From a virus (Duplodnaviria > Caudoviricetes): a DNA stretch of 24,789 nucleotides. The notes beneath the pieces are model-generated. The model was not told the DNA's origin. It saw nothing but the letters and a program-made list of their open reading frames with translations, and did no database searches. The stretch's first letter is position 1. Every line of letters begins with the position of its first letter. The stretch covers positions 1-24,789 of the IMG/VR virus record IMGVR_UViG_3300017766_000887; one strand, given 5' to 3'. The position numbers were made by a program, and so were the translations under genes. Below, piece after piece: positions 13,805 to 24,559 of this stretch.

Positions 13805-15568
13805 ATGCTGACGACTGAAGAAATCGTAAAACTCTACGAGCAACGCCGTAGGAATCAGGGTCCTGTTCAAGAGCAGATGCGTCGTGTACGCGATCTAGCC
13901 AACGGCGACGTGATCGTTCCACTAAACGAACTTGACAAGAACGCTAAATCTTCAGTAGCAAACCTTTTGGTGCAGGGCTTGGATCAGATGTCTATGCGTG
14001 TGACATCAACAATGCCATCCCCATATTTCCCACCAATCAAAGAAGGCTCCGAGCGTTCCAAGACCTCTGCCCGTATGCGTAAGCGTGCCATGTTGTCCAT
14101 TTGGGATCACAACCGTATGCAGATGAAGATGCGCCGTCGCGCACGACACCTCCTCGGCTACTCACAATCTGCTGTTGTTATCAAACCTGACTTTAAAACT
14201 TTGATGCCAGTGTGGTCTGTGCGTAACCCGTTGGACACTTTCGCTGCACCAGTGGACGATCCGGATAACCCGATTCCAGAAGACTGCATCTTCACCTACA
14301 AGGCAACTGCTAGTTACCTGTTGCAGAACTATGGCGAACTTGTGTTGGGCAAATTGCGTTTAGGAAAAATTGCTGCCGACACCCGTTACACGATGCTCGA
14401 ATATGTTTCCCCAGAGTGCATCCAACTGATTGTGCTTGGTGCAGAGGACTCACCGAACCTAACCCCAGGTGAACGTGCAGGCATTGAAGCGATGATGCTT
14501 GAATACATCCCGAACCGTACAGGTATGCCATTAGCAATCGTCGCTAACCGCATCACCCTAGACAAACCACGCGGACAGTTTGATGGTGTGATGGGAATGT
14601 ATTACACCCGCGCACGACTACAAGCCTTAACTGAGATAGCTATTGAGCGCGGTATCTTCCCTGAAGAATATCTGATCGCTCGACCTGGTGAGAACCCTGA
14701 GATTTTGCAGATCGCTGACGGCAAAGCCGGACAACTTGGTGTTGTTAAGGGTGGCGACATTCAACAGTTGCAACTCAACCCAGGTTACAAAACCGATACA
14801 GCACTTGACCGTTTAGAGCGACAGGAGCGTTTAGAAGGTGCGATCCCTGCCGAGTTCGGTGGAGAGTCAGCATCCAACATTCGTACAGGTCGCCGTGGAG
14901 AATCCGTGTTGTCAGCAACAGTTGACTTCCGTGTGCAAGAAGCACAAGCAACGTTTGAACAATCCATCTTGGAAGAAGACAAAGTTGCTATCGCTATCGA
15001 GAAAGCGTATTGGGGCAACCAACAAAAGTCTTTTTTCTTTGGACGCAAATCATCTGTCGGAGAAGAAACCTATACGCCAAACAAACTTTGGCAAACAGAT
15101 TTCCACTATGTTGCATACTCTGCTGCTGGCTCCGATGTGAACTCGCTAATTGTCGGCCTTGGTCAACGACTCGGAACAGGACTTATGTCTAAAGAATCCG
15201 CTCGTGAAGCTGACCCGCTGATTAGCGACCCAGACCTAGAACATGACCGCATCATCTCTGAAGGAGTTGAGTCTGCTTTACTTACAAGTATTCAGCAACA
15301 GGCTGCGGACCCTAATGGTCCGTATCAGCCAGAAGATTTGGCGTATCTGACCAAGCTCGTTGTCGAGCAAGACGTACCGTTGTTTGATGCTGTGCGTCGT
15401 ACCGATCAACGCGCTAAAGATCGTCAAGCAGCAGTAGCCCCACAGGGCGCACCTGAAACAATGCCAGGTTTAGGTATGCCAGGTATGGGCATGGAACAAC
15501 CAGCAGGTCCACCTGCACAAGCAGGTCCACCACCTATCGGTGATCTACTCGCACAATTAGGAGGGTAA
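13805..15568 (+). CDS. Portal (head-tail connector) protein
   Basis: 587 aa downstream of terL. Helical, with ANLLVQGLDQMSMR, FDGVMGMY..RARL and GLMSKESARE segments and a Pro/Gly/Met-rich C-terminal tail typical of portals. Confidence 0.82.
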   Translation: MLTTEEIVKLYEQRRRNQGPVQEQMRRVRDLANGDVIVPLNELDKNAKSSVANLLVQGLDQMSMRVTSTMPSPYFPPIKEGSERSKTSARMRKRAMLSIWDHNRMQMKMRRRARHLLGYSQSAVVIKPDFKTLMPVWSVRNPLDTFAAPVDDPDNPIPEDCIFTYKATASYLLQNYGELVLGKLRLGKIAADTRYTMLEYVSPECIQLIVLGAEDSPNLTPGERAGIEAMMLEYIPNRTGMPLAIVANRITLDKPRGQFDGVMGMYYTRARLQALTEIAIERGIFPEEYLIARPGENPEILQIADGKAGQLGVVKGGDIQQLQLNPGYKTDTALDRLERQERLEGAIPAEFGGESASNIRTGRRGESVLSATVDFRVQEAQATFEQSILEEDKVAIAIEKAYWGNQQKSFFFGRKSSVGEETYTPNKLWQTDFHYVAYSAAGSDVNSLIVGLGQRLGTGLMSKESAREADPLISDPDLEHDRIISEGVESALLTSIQQQAADPNGPYQPEDLAYLTKLVVEQDVPLFDAVRRTDQRAKDRQAAVAPQGAPETMPGLGMPGMGMEQPAGPPAQAGPPPIGDLLAQLGG

Positions 15569-15925
15569 GTGAGCGACATTCAAGCAGGAACCAACCGTGT
15601 AGCAATTCAGGCTGCAACGGGTCAAACCTATGGGAAAGCAACAGAGCAACGGAACGCTCAACGTGCTGTACCTATGGGAACACCACCAACAGAAGTTCAA
15701 CGCCCTGTGCCTGGAACTTTGGGTTCTTTGACTCGACCAACGGAACGACCAATGGAACCAATTACTGCTGGCGCACCATTTGGTGCTGGCATGGGTCCAG
15801 TCGCGGCAGGTATCCCACAACCTACTGGTGACAACGCTTTGGAAGAACTGCGAATGATTTACCAAATGTTCCCTAACGATGATCTAGCAGATTTGATTGA
15901 CTCATATTCCCGTGATGGTTTGTAA
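15569..15925 (+). CDS. Pro-rich virion-module hypothetical protein
   Basis: 118 aa following the portal; PTERPMEPITAGAPFGAGMGP; SD AGGAGG. Confidence 0.75.
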   Translation: MSDIQAGTNRVAIQAATGQTYGKATEQRNAQRAVPMGTPPTEVQRPVPGTLGSLTRPTERPMEPITAGAPFGAGMGPVAAGIPQPTGDNALEELRMIYQMFPNDDLADLIDSYSRDGL

Positions 15926-18900
15926 TGCCATCATCATTTATTGATGCTGTATCTGAACAGCGGATCAACGACTACATTACCAACAGGGACCAACAGCACA
16001 CCCTGTATCGCACTAATGCGACACCGCAAGTAGCGCAAGCCGCAGCCACGATTTATCGCAATAGCCCGTGGCTTACCCCAGGTCAAGTGTTGGCTTTGGC
16101 TAAAGGTAACGCTTCACCACAAGCGGTTGAACTTGCTTCACAAACACAATCAAATTTGGTCCCAAAGATTATGGACCCACAGAAACCTAAGAAACAATCT
16201 TGGTTTGAACGCAACGTGTATGGCAACATCAAAGAAACTGCTCGATGGGGTTTTGCTTCTTTGCAGTTCGCCCCTGAGATGGCGCAAAACGTTGCATCAC
16301 AAATCTTTTCAGAAAATGATCCTGCTGGATGGGACGGTTGGTTTAAGTCAACCAACTTGGGGACAATGGTTTCTGACTCTGATGAGGCTGGAACGGGTTG
16401 GTTTGTTGGTGGCACAGCAGAAGAAAAGCAAGCTGAACGCGCTCGACGATTCCGTGGAACGATAAACGGTAGTGCTTGGACTGTTGGGCGTGGTGCGGCA
16501 GCAGGGGTGTTCAAACCTGGTTCTGTTCAGTACAACGTGTTGTCAGGTTTCTTGGATGCTGCAATCAACGTCGTTGCTGACCCAACCGTTATTGGTGGAA
16601 AACTTTTGGCTCCAGTCAAAGCCTCAAAAGCCACGATCAAAGGTTTGCAGACCGTAGAAGAAATTGCTGCTGCAACAAAGATTGCTAATGCTGGAACACG
16701 TGCTTTGGCTGGTTTGTCTGCTGCGGAAGAAATAGCGTTTGACTCATCAAAGTTTATGAAGTTTTTTCAAACTGACCGCAGAGCTGTCCGTCTTGTTGAA
16801 ACTCTTGCTGATCCTAAGAACGATGATCCGTACAAGATTATGCGTGATGTTTTTGATTTTAAGATTGACATGGACACAGCAAAGTCGCTTGCTAACGCTG
16901 GATCAAAAGATCAAATTTATGCTTTGCTCGGTGAGCAGTCAGCAATCTTGGACAATGTTTCAAAAGGTATTATGCCTACCGACATTCGAGATATTCGTGG
17001 AGCAAAGTGGGGAAATGTTGTCAAAGAACGTATACCGATGTACAACAACTTCAGAAGGACGATAGAGCAGTCGCGTTTGTTGACTGAAGTTCCTGACAGT
17101 TTGGTTATTCACGGGTCTAGTGCAGATCGTGTAAAAGCGGTAAAGGATTACGGAAACTATTTGAACACCATCAAGGGCGGTTTTACTGACACCCCTGAAG
17201 GCACAAAACTAATGAGACAAGTGTTTGATGCTTACGCTGACACATCTAAGTCTGGTGTTGACGCAGCACGTGATGCCTTTGATGCAACAGTAAAAACGCT
17301 CATGGAAGCAGAAGGTGCTGACCCTATTCTGATTAAAAGCGTGTTTGACAAAGTTCTTTCAAACATCGACGAAACTAAAGCCTATTTTGTTAACGAAGCC
17401 GGTGACGCTACCGATGCTGGATTCGTTCAACAGTTGATTGCTAGTGGAGTTATTGACGCTGCACAGTTTGGGAATCTAACCCCTCAACAGATAGCACAGT
17501 TTAGGTTGGTTGGTCCTGGCTCGGTAGTTGAACTGTTGAACTCTGCCCACGTTCTTCCTGATATTCGTGCTATCCGTCGAATGACCGCAAACCCTGTCGT
17601 TAAGCGAGCGGTGTTGCGAGCAAAGGATGGCGACCAACGTGCTGCTGTAGAGATTGCCGACTATTTGCAGAACAAGATTTGGAAGCCAATCACCCTTGCT
17701 ACTGGTGGTTACATCATGCGAAATATGTTTGATGCCCAAGTTCGTATGGCCACTATAGGTAAAGACGGTTTCTTCAATCATCCTTTGCGTTATATCCAGT
17801 GGGCTATGGGCGAAAAGGGTGCTGAACGAATCATTGGTCGAGATTTTGACGATTTCATTACGTCCACTGTTAGCGGTTTTGACGACGCTACCGATTATTT
17901 CGCCGAAGCAATGAAGATTTCTTTAGGCAAAAGCCTTGATGATGTGGTTCCATCACAAGTTCGTTTGGTCAAAAACGGTTCATACAAGATTGTTAGCCAA
18001 ATGTCGGAACCTGAACTATGGGCTAGCGGCTTGCGTGACGAGATTATTCAAATTTCTAAGGACACGTTGGAGAACGCCGTTGCTAAGGGAATCTCGACAG
18101 ATGATTTGATTAAGTATTTGCGTAATGACCCAAAGGGCCGTGAGGCTTTGAAACAGGTTGAGGATTATTTGCGTGGTGGCATCAACTTGGCAAAAGAAAG
18201 TGGTTATTCGCAAAAAGTTAAGATTACGAATGTCACCGATGATGTGCTGAAAGAATGGATTGACCGTCTTGCTAGGGGTCGAGTGCTAGTTAAGACTGGT
18301 GGAGATGAAGAACTAATGATGGCTATTGCCTACAAGCGTGTCCCTTTGGCAGATACGTTTGATAATGGTTTCAAGATACTTACCCCTAAGACCGTTGATC
18401 TTGATGGCGTGGTCAGGAATGTTCTTGATGGACCGCAGAAACCAGGTAGGGGTTCGTTGATTGATATGGGTGTTGACCCAAAAACCAAAGAGCAAATATA
18501 TGCCGTTGTCACAAACGAGTCTGGTGGCAGGTGGCAGTTGCAGCGTGTTTCAACAAATCAGTTCACAGGCGTGGGTGTTGAGGCAGACGAGTTGGCGCGT
18601 GGTCGGACCGAACTAACCAAGATGATTCAAGATAAGAAAAGCGTTCCGAACAATCTTCCAGCAAAAGTAAAATATGCTGAACGCAACGTTGTTGATGAAG
18701 CAAAAAATCCTTTAGACAAAATGTTGCGTCGAGGGACAGACTGGTTCTTCCACCAAATCTATGAAAGCAAAGTCGTCAACAAACTTGAACGATCACCTGT
18801 CTACCGCCAGTTTTACTATGAGCAGGTAGCAAAAAACGTTGACAGTCTTACTCCTGCAGAAGCCAGCAAACTTGTCCAAGACATCAAGGCTCAGGCTTTT

Positions 18901-20520
18901 GCGTTAGATGAAATGAAGCCGTGGGACTATGTTGGCAGTAAGGCAAACTGGAAACAAATACAGGACCTTGCCACAAAAGCAAGAGGAACCGGAACGATCA
19001 AAGACCTTGACGATTACGCTGGTTTGTCTGCGCTAAACGCTACAAAAGAAGCGTTGTTTAACGCAACTGAGCGTAACAACCTTGAAGACATCATGCGTAT
19101 CGTTATCCCGTTTGGTGCTGCATGGCGTGAAGTGCTTGGAACATACGGCAAGTTCTTGGTTGAGGACCCAACCCGTATCCGTCGCGCACAACTGATGTTC
19201 AAGGGTGCAACAGACTTTGATCCAGATGGTAATGGTCGAGGTTTCTTCTACAAAGACCCAACAACAAACCAGTATTCGTTTAACTTCCCGTTGTCCGGTG
19301 AATTAGCCAAACTCGCTACTGGTGTTAACGCACCTTTGCAGGGAACTGTGAAGCGTGTTTCTGTTGGTTTGGACTGGCATCCAGCATTAGGTCCTTTGGG
19401 TCAGATTGCTGCTGACAAAATCATTCCTGACACACCAAAGTTTGACGGGATTATTAGCATCTTGATGCCGTATGGTCGTGGAACATCTGCTTCATTGTTG
19501 CCTTCATGGGCAAGAAAACTCCAATCTGCTATTGAGGCTGATCCGTCAAAGTTAGAAGGCATTTACGGAAACACATACATTGACACGATGAGGGCGTTAT
19601 CTTCATCTGGTGACTACGACCTAGATACTGTTGAAGGCCAAGACAAGTTGATGGCTGACGCTAAAGGCAAGGCACGTATTTTGACCGCCATGCGAGCTAT
19701 TGGACAGTTCTTGGGACCTACCGCACCTGGAACAGAGTTTGAGATTCCAACCAAAGACGGCGACATTATGGCTTCACAGCTTATTCAAGAGTTCTACAAG
19801 TTGCAATCCGACAACTATGACACCGCTGTCGGAGAGTTCTTGCGTGTCTACGGTGAGGACGCGCTGTTATATCTGTCTTCAAAGTCACAGGCAACTGTTG
19901 AGGGTCTGGAAGCGACTAAAGAGTTTGGCGATTGGGAACGAACCAACGGTGATGTCATTAAGGCTTTCCCTGACATCGCAGCGTTCTTCGCCCCAGGTGG
20001 GTCGGACTTTGATTTTCAGGTTTGGCAACGCCAAATAAAGAGCGGAAAGCGTGTTCGTTTGACCGACAAGCAGGTTATTGAACAAGCCCAATATCGTGTC
20101 GCTGCAAGCCAATATAAGGCTTACCGTTCGCAAGTCAGCGCATACCCAACAGCAGACGAGCGAGCATGGTTGAAGACTGTCCGTGTTGAGTTGAACAAGA
20201 AGTACCCAGGTTTTCCTGTTGTCCCTGTATTCACGGTTGGCGAGTTTGAAAAGAAAATTGGTCAAATGAAGCAAGCTGTTATTGACCCACGTTTGAAAGA
20301 CAACGATGTGGCCAAGGCGATCAACACCTACTTCGGTTATCGAGATCAGGTGTTATCTGATTGGGTTGCTGCTGGTGGTTCTGCACAGGGTTTGGCTACC
20401 GCTAAGGGAGCTGAGCCGTTGAGAGGGTACTTGACTAGCATTGGTGATGCGCTTGCTTTACAAGTTCCAGATTTCGGGCGTGTTTGGGAACGTGAATTAC
20501 TATCTGAGGTAGACCAATGA
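15925..20520 (+). CDS. Large putative internal virion / DNA ejection protein
   Basis: 1531 aa, Ala/Gly-rich and helical, in the structural module; no catalytic motif recognised. Function inferred from size and context. Confidence 0.6.
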   Translation: MPSSFIDAVSEQRINDYITNRDQQHTLYRTNATPQVAQAAATIYRNSPWLTPGQVLALAKGNASPQAVELASQTQSNLVPKIMDPQKPKKQSWFERNVYGNIKETARWGFASLQFAPEMAQNVASQIFSENDPAGWDGWFKSTNLGTMVSDSDEAGTGWFVGGTAEEKQAERARRFRGTINGSAWTVGRGAAAGVFKPGSVQYNVLSGFLDAAINVVADPTVIGGKLLAPVKASKATIKGLQTVEEIAAATKIANAGTRALAGLSAAEEIAFDSSKFMKFFQTDRRAVRLVETLADPKNDDPYKIMRDVFDFKIDMDTAKSLANAGSKDQIYALLGEQSAILDNVSKGIMPTDIRDIRGAKWGNVVKERIPMYNNFRRTIEQSRLLTEVPDSLVIHGSSADRVKAVKDYGNYLNTIKGGFTDTPEGTKLMRQVFDAYADTSKSGVDAARDAFDATVKTLMEAEGADPILIKSVFDKVLSNIDETKAYFVNEAGDATDAGFVQQLIASGVIDAAQFGNLTPQQIAQFRLVGPGSVVELLNSAHVLPDIRAIRRMTANPVVKRAVLRAKDGDQRAAVEIADYLQNKIWKPITLATGGYIMRNMFDAQVRMATIGKDGFFNHPLRYIQWAMGEKGAERIIGRDFDDFITSTVSGFDDATDYFAEAMKISLGKSLDDVVPSQVRLVKNGSYKIVSQMSEPELWASGLRDEIIQISKDTLENAVAKGISTDDLIKYLRNDPKGREALKQVEDYLRGGINLAKESGYSQKVKITNVTDDVLKEWIDRLARGRVLVKTGGDEELMMAIAYKRVPLADTFDNGFKILTPKTVDLDGVVRNVLDGPQKPGRGSLIDMGVDPKTKEQIYAVVTNESGGRWQLQRVSTNQFTGVGVEADELARGRTELTKMIQDKKSVPNNLPAKVKYAERNVVDEAKNPLDKMLRRGTDWFFHQIYESKVVNKLERSPVYRQFYYEQVAKNVDSLTPAEASKLVQDIKAQAFALDEMKPWDYVGSKANWKQIQDLATKARGTGTIKDLDDYAGLSALNATKEALFNATERNNLEDIMRIVIPFGAAWREVLGTYGKFLVEDPTRIRRAQLMFKGATDFDPDGNGRGFFYKDPTTNQYSFNFPLSGELAKLATGVNAPLQGTVKRVSVGLDWHPALGPLGQIAADKIIPDTPKFDGIISILMPYGRGTSASLLPSWARKLQSAIEADPSKLEGIYGNTYIDTMRALSSSGDYDLDTVEGQDKLMADAKGKARILTAMRAIGQFLGPTAPGTEFEIPTKDGDIMASQLIQEFYKLQSDNYDTAVGEFLRVYGEDALLYLSSKSQATVEGLEATKEFGDWERTNGDVIKAFPDIAAFFAPGGSDFDFQVWQRQIKSGKRVRLTDKQVIEQAQYRVAASQYKAYRSQVSAYPTADERAWLKTVRVELNKKYPGFPVVPVFTVGEFEKKIGQMKQAVIDPRLKDNDVAKAINTYFGYRDQVLSDWVAAGGSAQGLATAKGAEPLRGYLTSIGDALALQVPDFGRVWERELLSEVDQ

Positions 20521-21269
20521 CAACTGACCCAAACCAACCAGCACAGCCAGCGCAGAACACCAATCCTGATCCGTTGGGCGTTGGACCGAAGCCAGTAGTT
20601 GTTGCTGGTGGCGGGGATCAACCGATCCCACGTGAAGTCACTGGTGTGGCCCCTGCATTGAAATCCCAGGTTCCGCTAACACAGCGAACCACAACAGGAA
20701 AATACTTGTATTCAGGAACATATCTTGCTAACGCACAAGGTCAGGTTTATCGTGCGGCCTACAACACGCAGACTGACCCAATCACTGAGTTGTCAAAACT
20801 TGATCCGACCACAAGCTTTGCTTTGCGTACAGAGTTGTATCAGCGTGGTTTCTACGATGGTAAGGCTCGACCAAGCGGAGAGTCGGTGACTCCACAAGAT
20901 GTCAAAGCATGGCAAGAATTTTTGCTTACTGCCAACACTTATGGATACGATTGGCAAACATCTTTGAATTTCATACGACAGGAATACCCTGTTACCGGCT
21001 CAGGTGGGTCGGGTCGTAAAGCTACTTCTGCGGTTGACTTGGGCAAATCGTTGCAAGATGAGGCGTTTACCATGCTTGGTCGCAAACTTAGCAAAGAAGA
21101 ATTGCAGCAAGCGATCAGTTCTGTGCAATCCAAAGAAGTTTCTACTAATACTTCTACGAGTACTCTTGTTCAGATGGCCCCACAGCAAGTTGACCCTACA
21201 CAGGCTCAGGCTTACGGCTTTACTCGCGCCGCAGATATCGTTTCTCAGATGCTTAGGAATGGTGGATAA
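20517..21269 (+). CDS. Putative virion protein
   Basis: 250 aa; ATGA overlap. LRTELYQRGFYDG weakly resembles a peptidoglycan-binding helix. Confidence 0.6.
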   Translation: MTTDPNQPAQPAQNTNPDPLGVGPKPVVVAGGGDQPIPREVTGVAPALKSQVPLTQRTTTGKYLYSGTYLANAQGQVYRAAYNTQTDPITELSKLDPTTSFALRTELYQRGFYDGKARPSGESVTPQDVKAWQEFLLTANTYGYDWQTSLNFIRQEYPVTGSGGSGRKATSAVDLGKSLQDEAFTMLGRKLSKEELQQAISSVQSKEVSTNTSTSTLVQMAPQQVDPTQAQAYGFTRAADIVSQMLRNGG

Positions 21270-23308
21270 TGTCAACTCGTCCTTCTGACTTGTCTATCGG
21301 TGGCTCCGAGTCCAGTGCTGACCTTGTTTTCTCTGGCAACCAAATCCCTGCCCCGCCGACAGAAAGAACGTCTGCCGAAATTGAAGCAGACATCAAAGAA
21401 GTTAAGGAGTTGTTCAAAGACCTTGAAAAAGGTTTTGGCAAAACAACATTAGTTTCTTTCCCCACGCTTACCGCATTTGAATCTGCTAAAGCACAGGCTT
21501 ACACAATGCTTAACGAAACTTTGCCTGCCGAACTTCAAGAACGCAAAGCGTGGGACAAGAAATACCGTCTTAAAGTGTCGGGTGTTTTTGGTACTGGTTT
21601 TAACGAGTACACGGTTCTCTCGGCTGACGAGGTATACCAGTATCAACAACTGTACAAAGATGCAAATAACCCTAACGACCCTGAACTTAAAGCGTATGAC
21701 ACTGCTGTAAAAGCCGTCAACGATTTACGCACCAAGATCAACACTCCTGGTACTAAAGAATCAAAACTTTCTCCAATGGATCAGCAACTTTTGATTGCTT
21801 CTAAATTGAAAGAAGTTCAACCTTTAATTACGCCGCGGGTTGTAGAGTTGCGTTCACAGAACATCCCTCTTGAAGTTGACAAATATGGTCGAACGATCAG
21901 GTCAACAAGTTTTGCTTTGGTTGGTCAAATTGATCCACAAATCAATCGCGCCATAAACGAAGGTGTGCGTATCGCTGAACGTGTGTACGGAACACAGAAA
22001 CCTACAGCGACTCTGTATGGTCAACCAGCAGAACTCACAACTGTTCGCAACCAAGAGCAGACACGCCAGTTGTCAGAGTTTTTGGATCGTGCAAACACTT
22101 TGCGTGGTCAGACACCTTCTCAGGCTGGAGCGCAACCAATCACCTATGCACAGCAACCAACTGCTACTGGCGGTCAGCCTGCTTCTGCGACTGTCACACC
22201 TACTGGTGCTTCTAAGCGGGCTATTGACGCTCAGGCTCAACGCTATACGGCTATGGCTGGACAGGTCGCACCGACCACAACCCCAACTGTGACCCCTACG
22301 CCTGGTGCTGGTGGAGCGGGTGGTGCAGGTCGTGTTGGTGCTGGTGGAACTATCGGTGGTGGAACTGCCGAAACACCAAAGTTCCAGGTCGGTGACTGGC
22401 AAGCAGTGTTGCAAGATCAATTCCCTGGCTACTCAAAGGACTGGTTGGCTTCTAATGCCACAACCCATTTTGGTCAGGACATGATAAACCTGATGACCGA
22501 GGCAGCAAAACCAAACGGCAAGTATTTGGGTTTGACCACACAGGCATCGGTAGATGCTTTTAAGAAAGCAATCAAGCAAACTGTCTATTGGCAAACAACT
22601 GAAACGTCTGCAAAGAGTTTTGACCAAGCAATCGGTGTTGATCGTGATCGTCTGATTAACAACAAAAAGTTGGAGATTGCAAACTCGTATGGTGATGTGT
22701 CGTTTGATGATGCAACTCTTACTCAACTTGCCACCAATGCGGCACGTTTGGGTTTGACAGGACTTGGTTTGCAACAGGCTGTTTACGCTGGTGCGTTGAA
22801 GCCTGGTGCTGGTGGCTCACAGACCGCGTTGGCTGGTCGAGTGTTGCAGGGTGCTGACGCTGACCGTATTCGCAGTATTGGTCGTGCTTGGAATACCAAG
22901 ATTTCTGATGGTCAGGTTCAAGCAATTTTGACTGGTCAGGCTGATCCTGCTACTGGGATCGTGCTAACTGAGGATGCTTTGCGTGAACAGTTGCAAGCCA
23001 AGTGGAAGGGTGCTATGCCTCATTTGCGGGATCAGTTTGATGCTGGTTTAACTTTGGATCAGATTGGTTCGTCATACAAGACTTATGCTTCGCAGTTGTT
23101 AGAAATGCCGGAGGATCAGATCAATATGTTTGAGGGTCCGTACCTTCAGGCTTTTGATAATGGTGCGGGTGGGCAGTTATCGTTGTCTCAGTGGATTGAG
23201 AAGGTTAAGACTGATGACCGTTTTGGTTGGCAGTACACGAAACAAGCTAACCAGCAGGCTACGGATGTTGCTTTGACTTTGGCTAGAGCGTTTGGGAAGG
23301 TTGCGTAA
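21269..23308 (+). CDS. Putative internal virion protein with central Pro/Thr/Gly linker
   Basis: 679 aa; TAATG overlap; linker PTTTPTVTPTPGAGGAGGAG; C-terminal WQYTKQA...LARAFG. Confidence 0.6.
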   Translation: MSTRPSDLSIGGSESSADLVFSGNQIPAPPTERTSAEIEADIKEVKELFKDLEKGFGKTTLVSFPTLTAFESAKAQAYTMLNETLPAELQERKAWDKKYRLKVSGVFGTGFNEYTVLSADEVYQYQQLYKDANNPNDPELKAYDTAVKAVNDLRTKINTPGTKESKLSPMDQQLLIASKLKEVQPLITPRVVELRSQNIPLEVDKYGRTIRSTSFALVGQIDPQINRAINEGVRIAERVYGTQKPTATLYGQPAELTTVRNQEQTRQLSEFLDRANTLRGQTPSQAGAQPITYAQQPTATGGQPASATVTPTGASKRAIDAQAQRYTAMAGQVAPTTTPTVTPTPGAGGAGGAGRVGAGGTIGGGTAETPKFQVGDWQAVLQDQFPGYSKDWLASNATTHFGQDMINLMTEAAKPNGKYLGLTTQASVDAFKKAIKQTVYWQTTETSAKSFDQAIGVDRDRLINNKKLEIANSYGDVSFDDATLTQLATNAARLGLTGLGLQQAVYAGALKPGAGGSQTALAGRVLQGADADRIRSIGRAWNTKISDGQVQAILTGQADPATGIVLTEDALREQLQAKWKGAMPHLRDQFDAGLTLDQIGSSYKTYASQLLEMPEDQINMFEGPYLQAFDNGAGGQLSLSQWIEKVKTDDRFGWQYTKQANQQATDVALTLARAFGKVA

Positions 23309-24501
23309 TGAGCGACGTTGGTTTTGGTGGGGTTGATTTTAGTTTTGCTTTTAATGAGAACTTTCAACAAGATTTAGCAGCGTACTTTCAGACCCCTGAG
23401 GGTCAAGCGAATCTTGCTGCATCTGGTCTTGAAGTTCCGGTTATCCCGACTGGGCCTGATTACACGCAGATAGTTAACGATGCGTACGCCCCTAAGTACG
23501 CAAACTACTTTGGTGGTTTAGGAACTGGCGGTGGTGCTGATAGTAAAGAAACAGAAGCGGAACGTATTGCCCGTTTAGATCGAGAAGCAGAGGATGCTCG
23601 ACGTGCAAATGAACTTAATTTTGCTCAACAACAAGCAGCACTTGAAACAACACAGCGTCGTCAAAATGCCCGCTCAACAATGACATCGGTTCTCGCAACC
23701 TACGGTCTAGGGGACTTGTCTGACTACGTGTATAACGAAATTATCGCTAAAGAAACAGTGAACATCAACAACCCTGACGCAATCATTTTTGCTATCCGTG
23801 AACAGCCTGCATATCAAAAGCGTTTTGCTGGTAATGCGGCCAGGTTGAAGAAGGGTTTGTCTGAACTTGACCCTGCCTCGTATATCGGGTTAGAAAATCA
23901 GTTCCGTCAAACGCTCCAGTCCAATGGTTTGCCAGCAAACTTCTATGACCAATCAGATGACTTCCAAGCGTTGATTGAGGGTGATGTATCCCCTGCGGAA
24001 CTTAATGAGCGTGTCCAGCAGGGCTATCGTGCTGTAGCTGACGCTGATCCAGCAGTCAAGGAACAGATGAAGAACCTGTATGGCATTGGCGAAAGTGAAC
24101 TAGCCGCATACTTCCTTGACCCACAGCGCACAGCCCCACTACTTACCCGTCAGGCACAGGCTGCAAGTATCGCAGCCCGTGGACTAGAGCAGGGTGGCAT
24201 CCAGTTATCAGGTGCGTTTGCTGAGGACTTGGCTCGACGAGGAATTACTGAGCAGCAGGCTCGCGCAGGCTTTGGTGAAGTCGGTGCTTTAGGCGAACTA
24301 AAGCAGACTTTTGCGGGGGAGACTGCACTATCCGGTGAACAACTGGCAGGTGCGGCGTTCGGGCTTGATGTCGCCGCGCAACAAGAGTTGGAGCGTAAAC
24401 GTCGCCTTCGTACAGGTGAGTTTGCTGGTGGCGGTTCGTTTGCTCGTACAACTGGTGAAACATCAGGCTCAATTTCTACTTCGGTTGGTAAAGCCCAATA
24501 G
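23308..24501 (+). CDS. Putative internal virion protein
   Basis: 397 aa; TAATG overlap; AYQKRFAGNAAR...YIGLE and a coiled-coil C-terminus ending FAGGG. Confidence 0.6.
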   Translation: MSDVGFGGVDFSFAFNENFQQDLAAYFQTPEGQANLAASGLEVPVIPTGPDYTQIVNDAYAPKYANYFGGLGTGGGADSKETEAERIARLDREAEDARRANELNFAQQQAALETTQRRQNARSTMTSVLATYGLGDLSDYVYNEIIAKETVNINNPDAIIFAIREQPAYQKRFAGNAARLKKGLSELDPASYIGLENQFRQTLQSNGLPANFYDQSDDFQALIEGDVSPAELNERVQQGYRAVADADPAVKEQMKNLYGIGESELAAYFLDPQRTAPLLTRQAQAASIAARGLEQGGIQLSGAFAEDLARRGITEQQARAGFGEVGALGELKQTFAGETALSGEQLAGAAFGLDVAAQQELERKRRLRTGEFAGGGSFARTTGETSGSISTSVGKAQ

Positions 24502-24506
24502 CATAC

Positions 24507-24537
24507 TTGACACTTGCAAGTCAAGTGTGTGTATACT
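24507..24537 (+). promoter_or_regulatory. Promoter for the scaffold/capsid operon (19-bp spacer, overlapping inverted repeat)
   Basis: TTGACA (24507-24512), 19 nt, TATACT (24532-24537). Inverted repeat ACTTGAC-N8-GTCAAGT. Confidence 0.62.
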
Positions 24538-24559
24538 AGGAATGTTCGGTTACGGACAC

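Noticed and set aside
15925-20520. Virion RNA polymerase or tape measure identity for the 1531-aa protein
   Set aside because: DFDPDGNG is not the NADFDGD/DxDGD polymerase motif, no T7-type RNAP motifs were recognised, and no tape-measure periodic repeats or tail chaperone context were seen.
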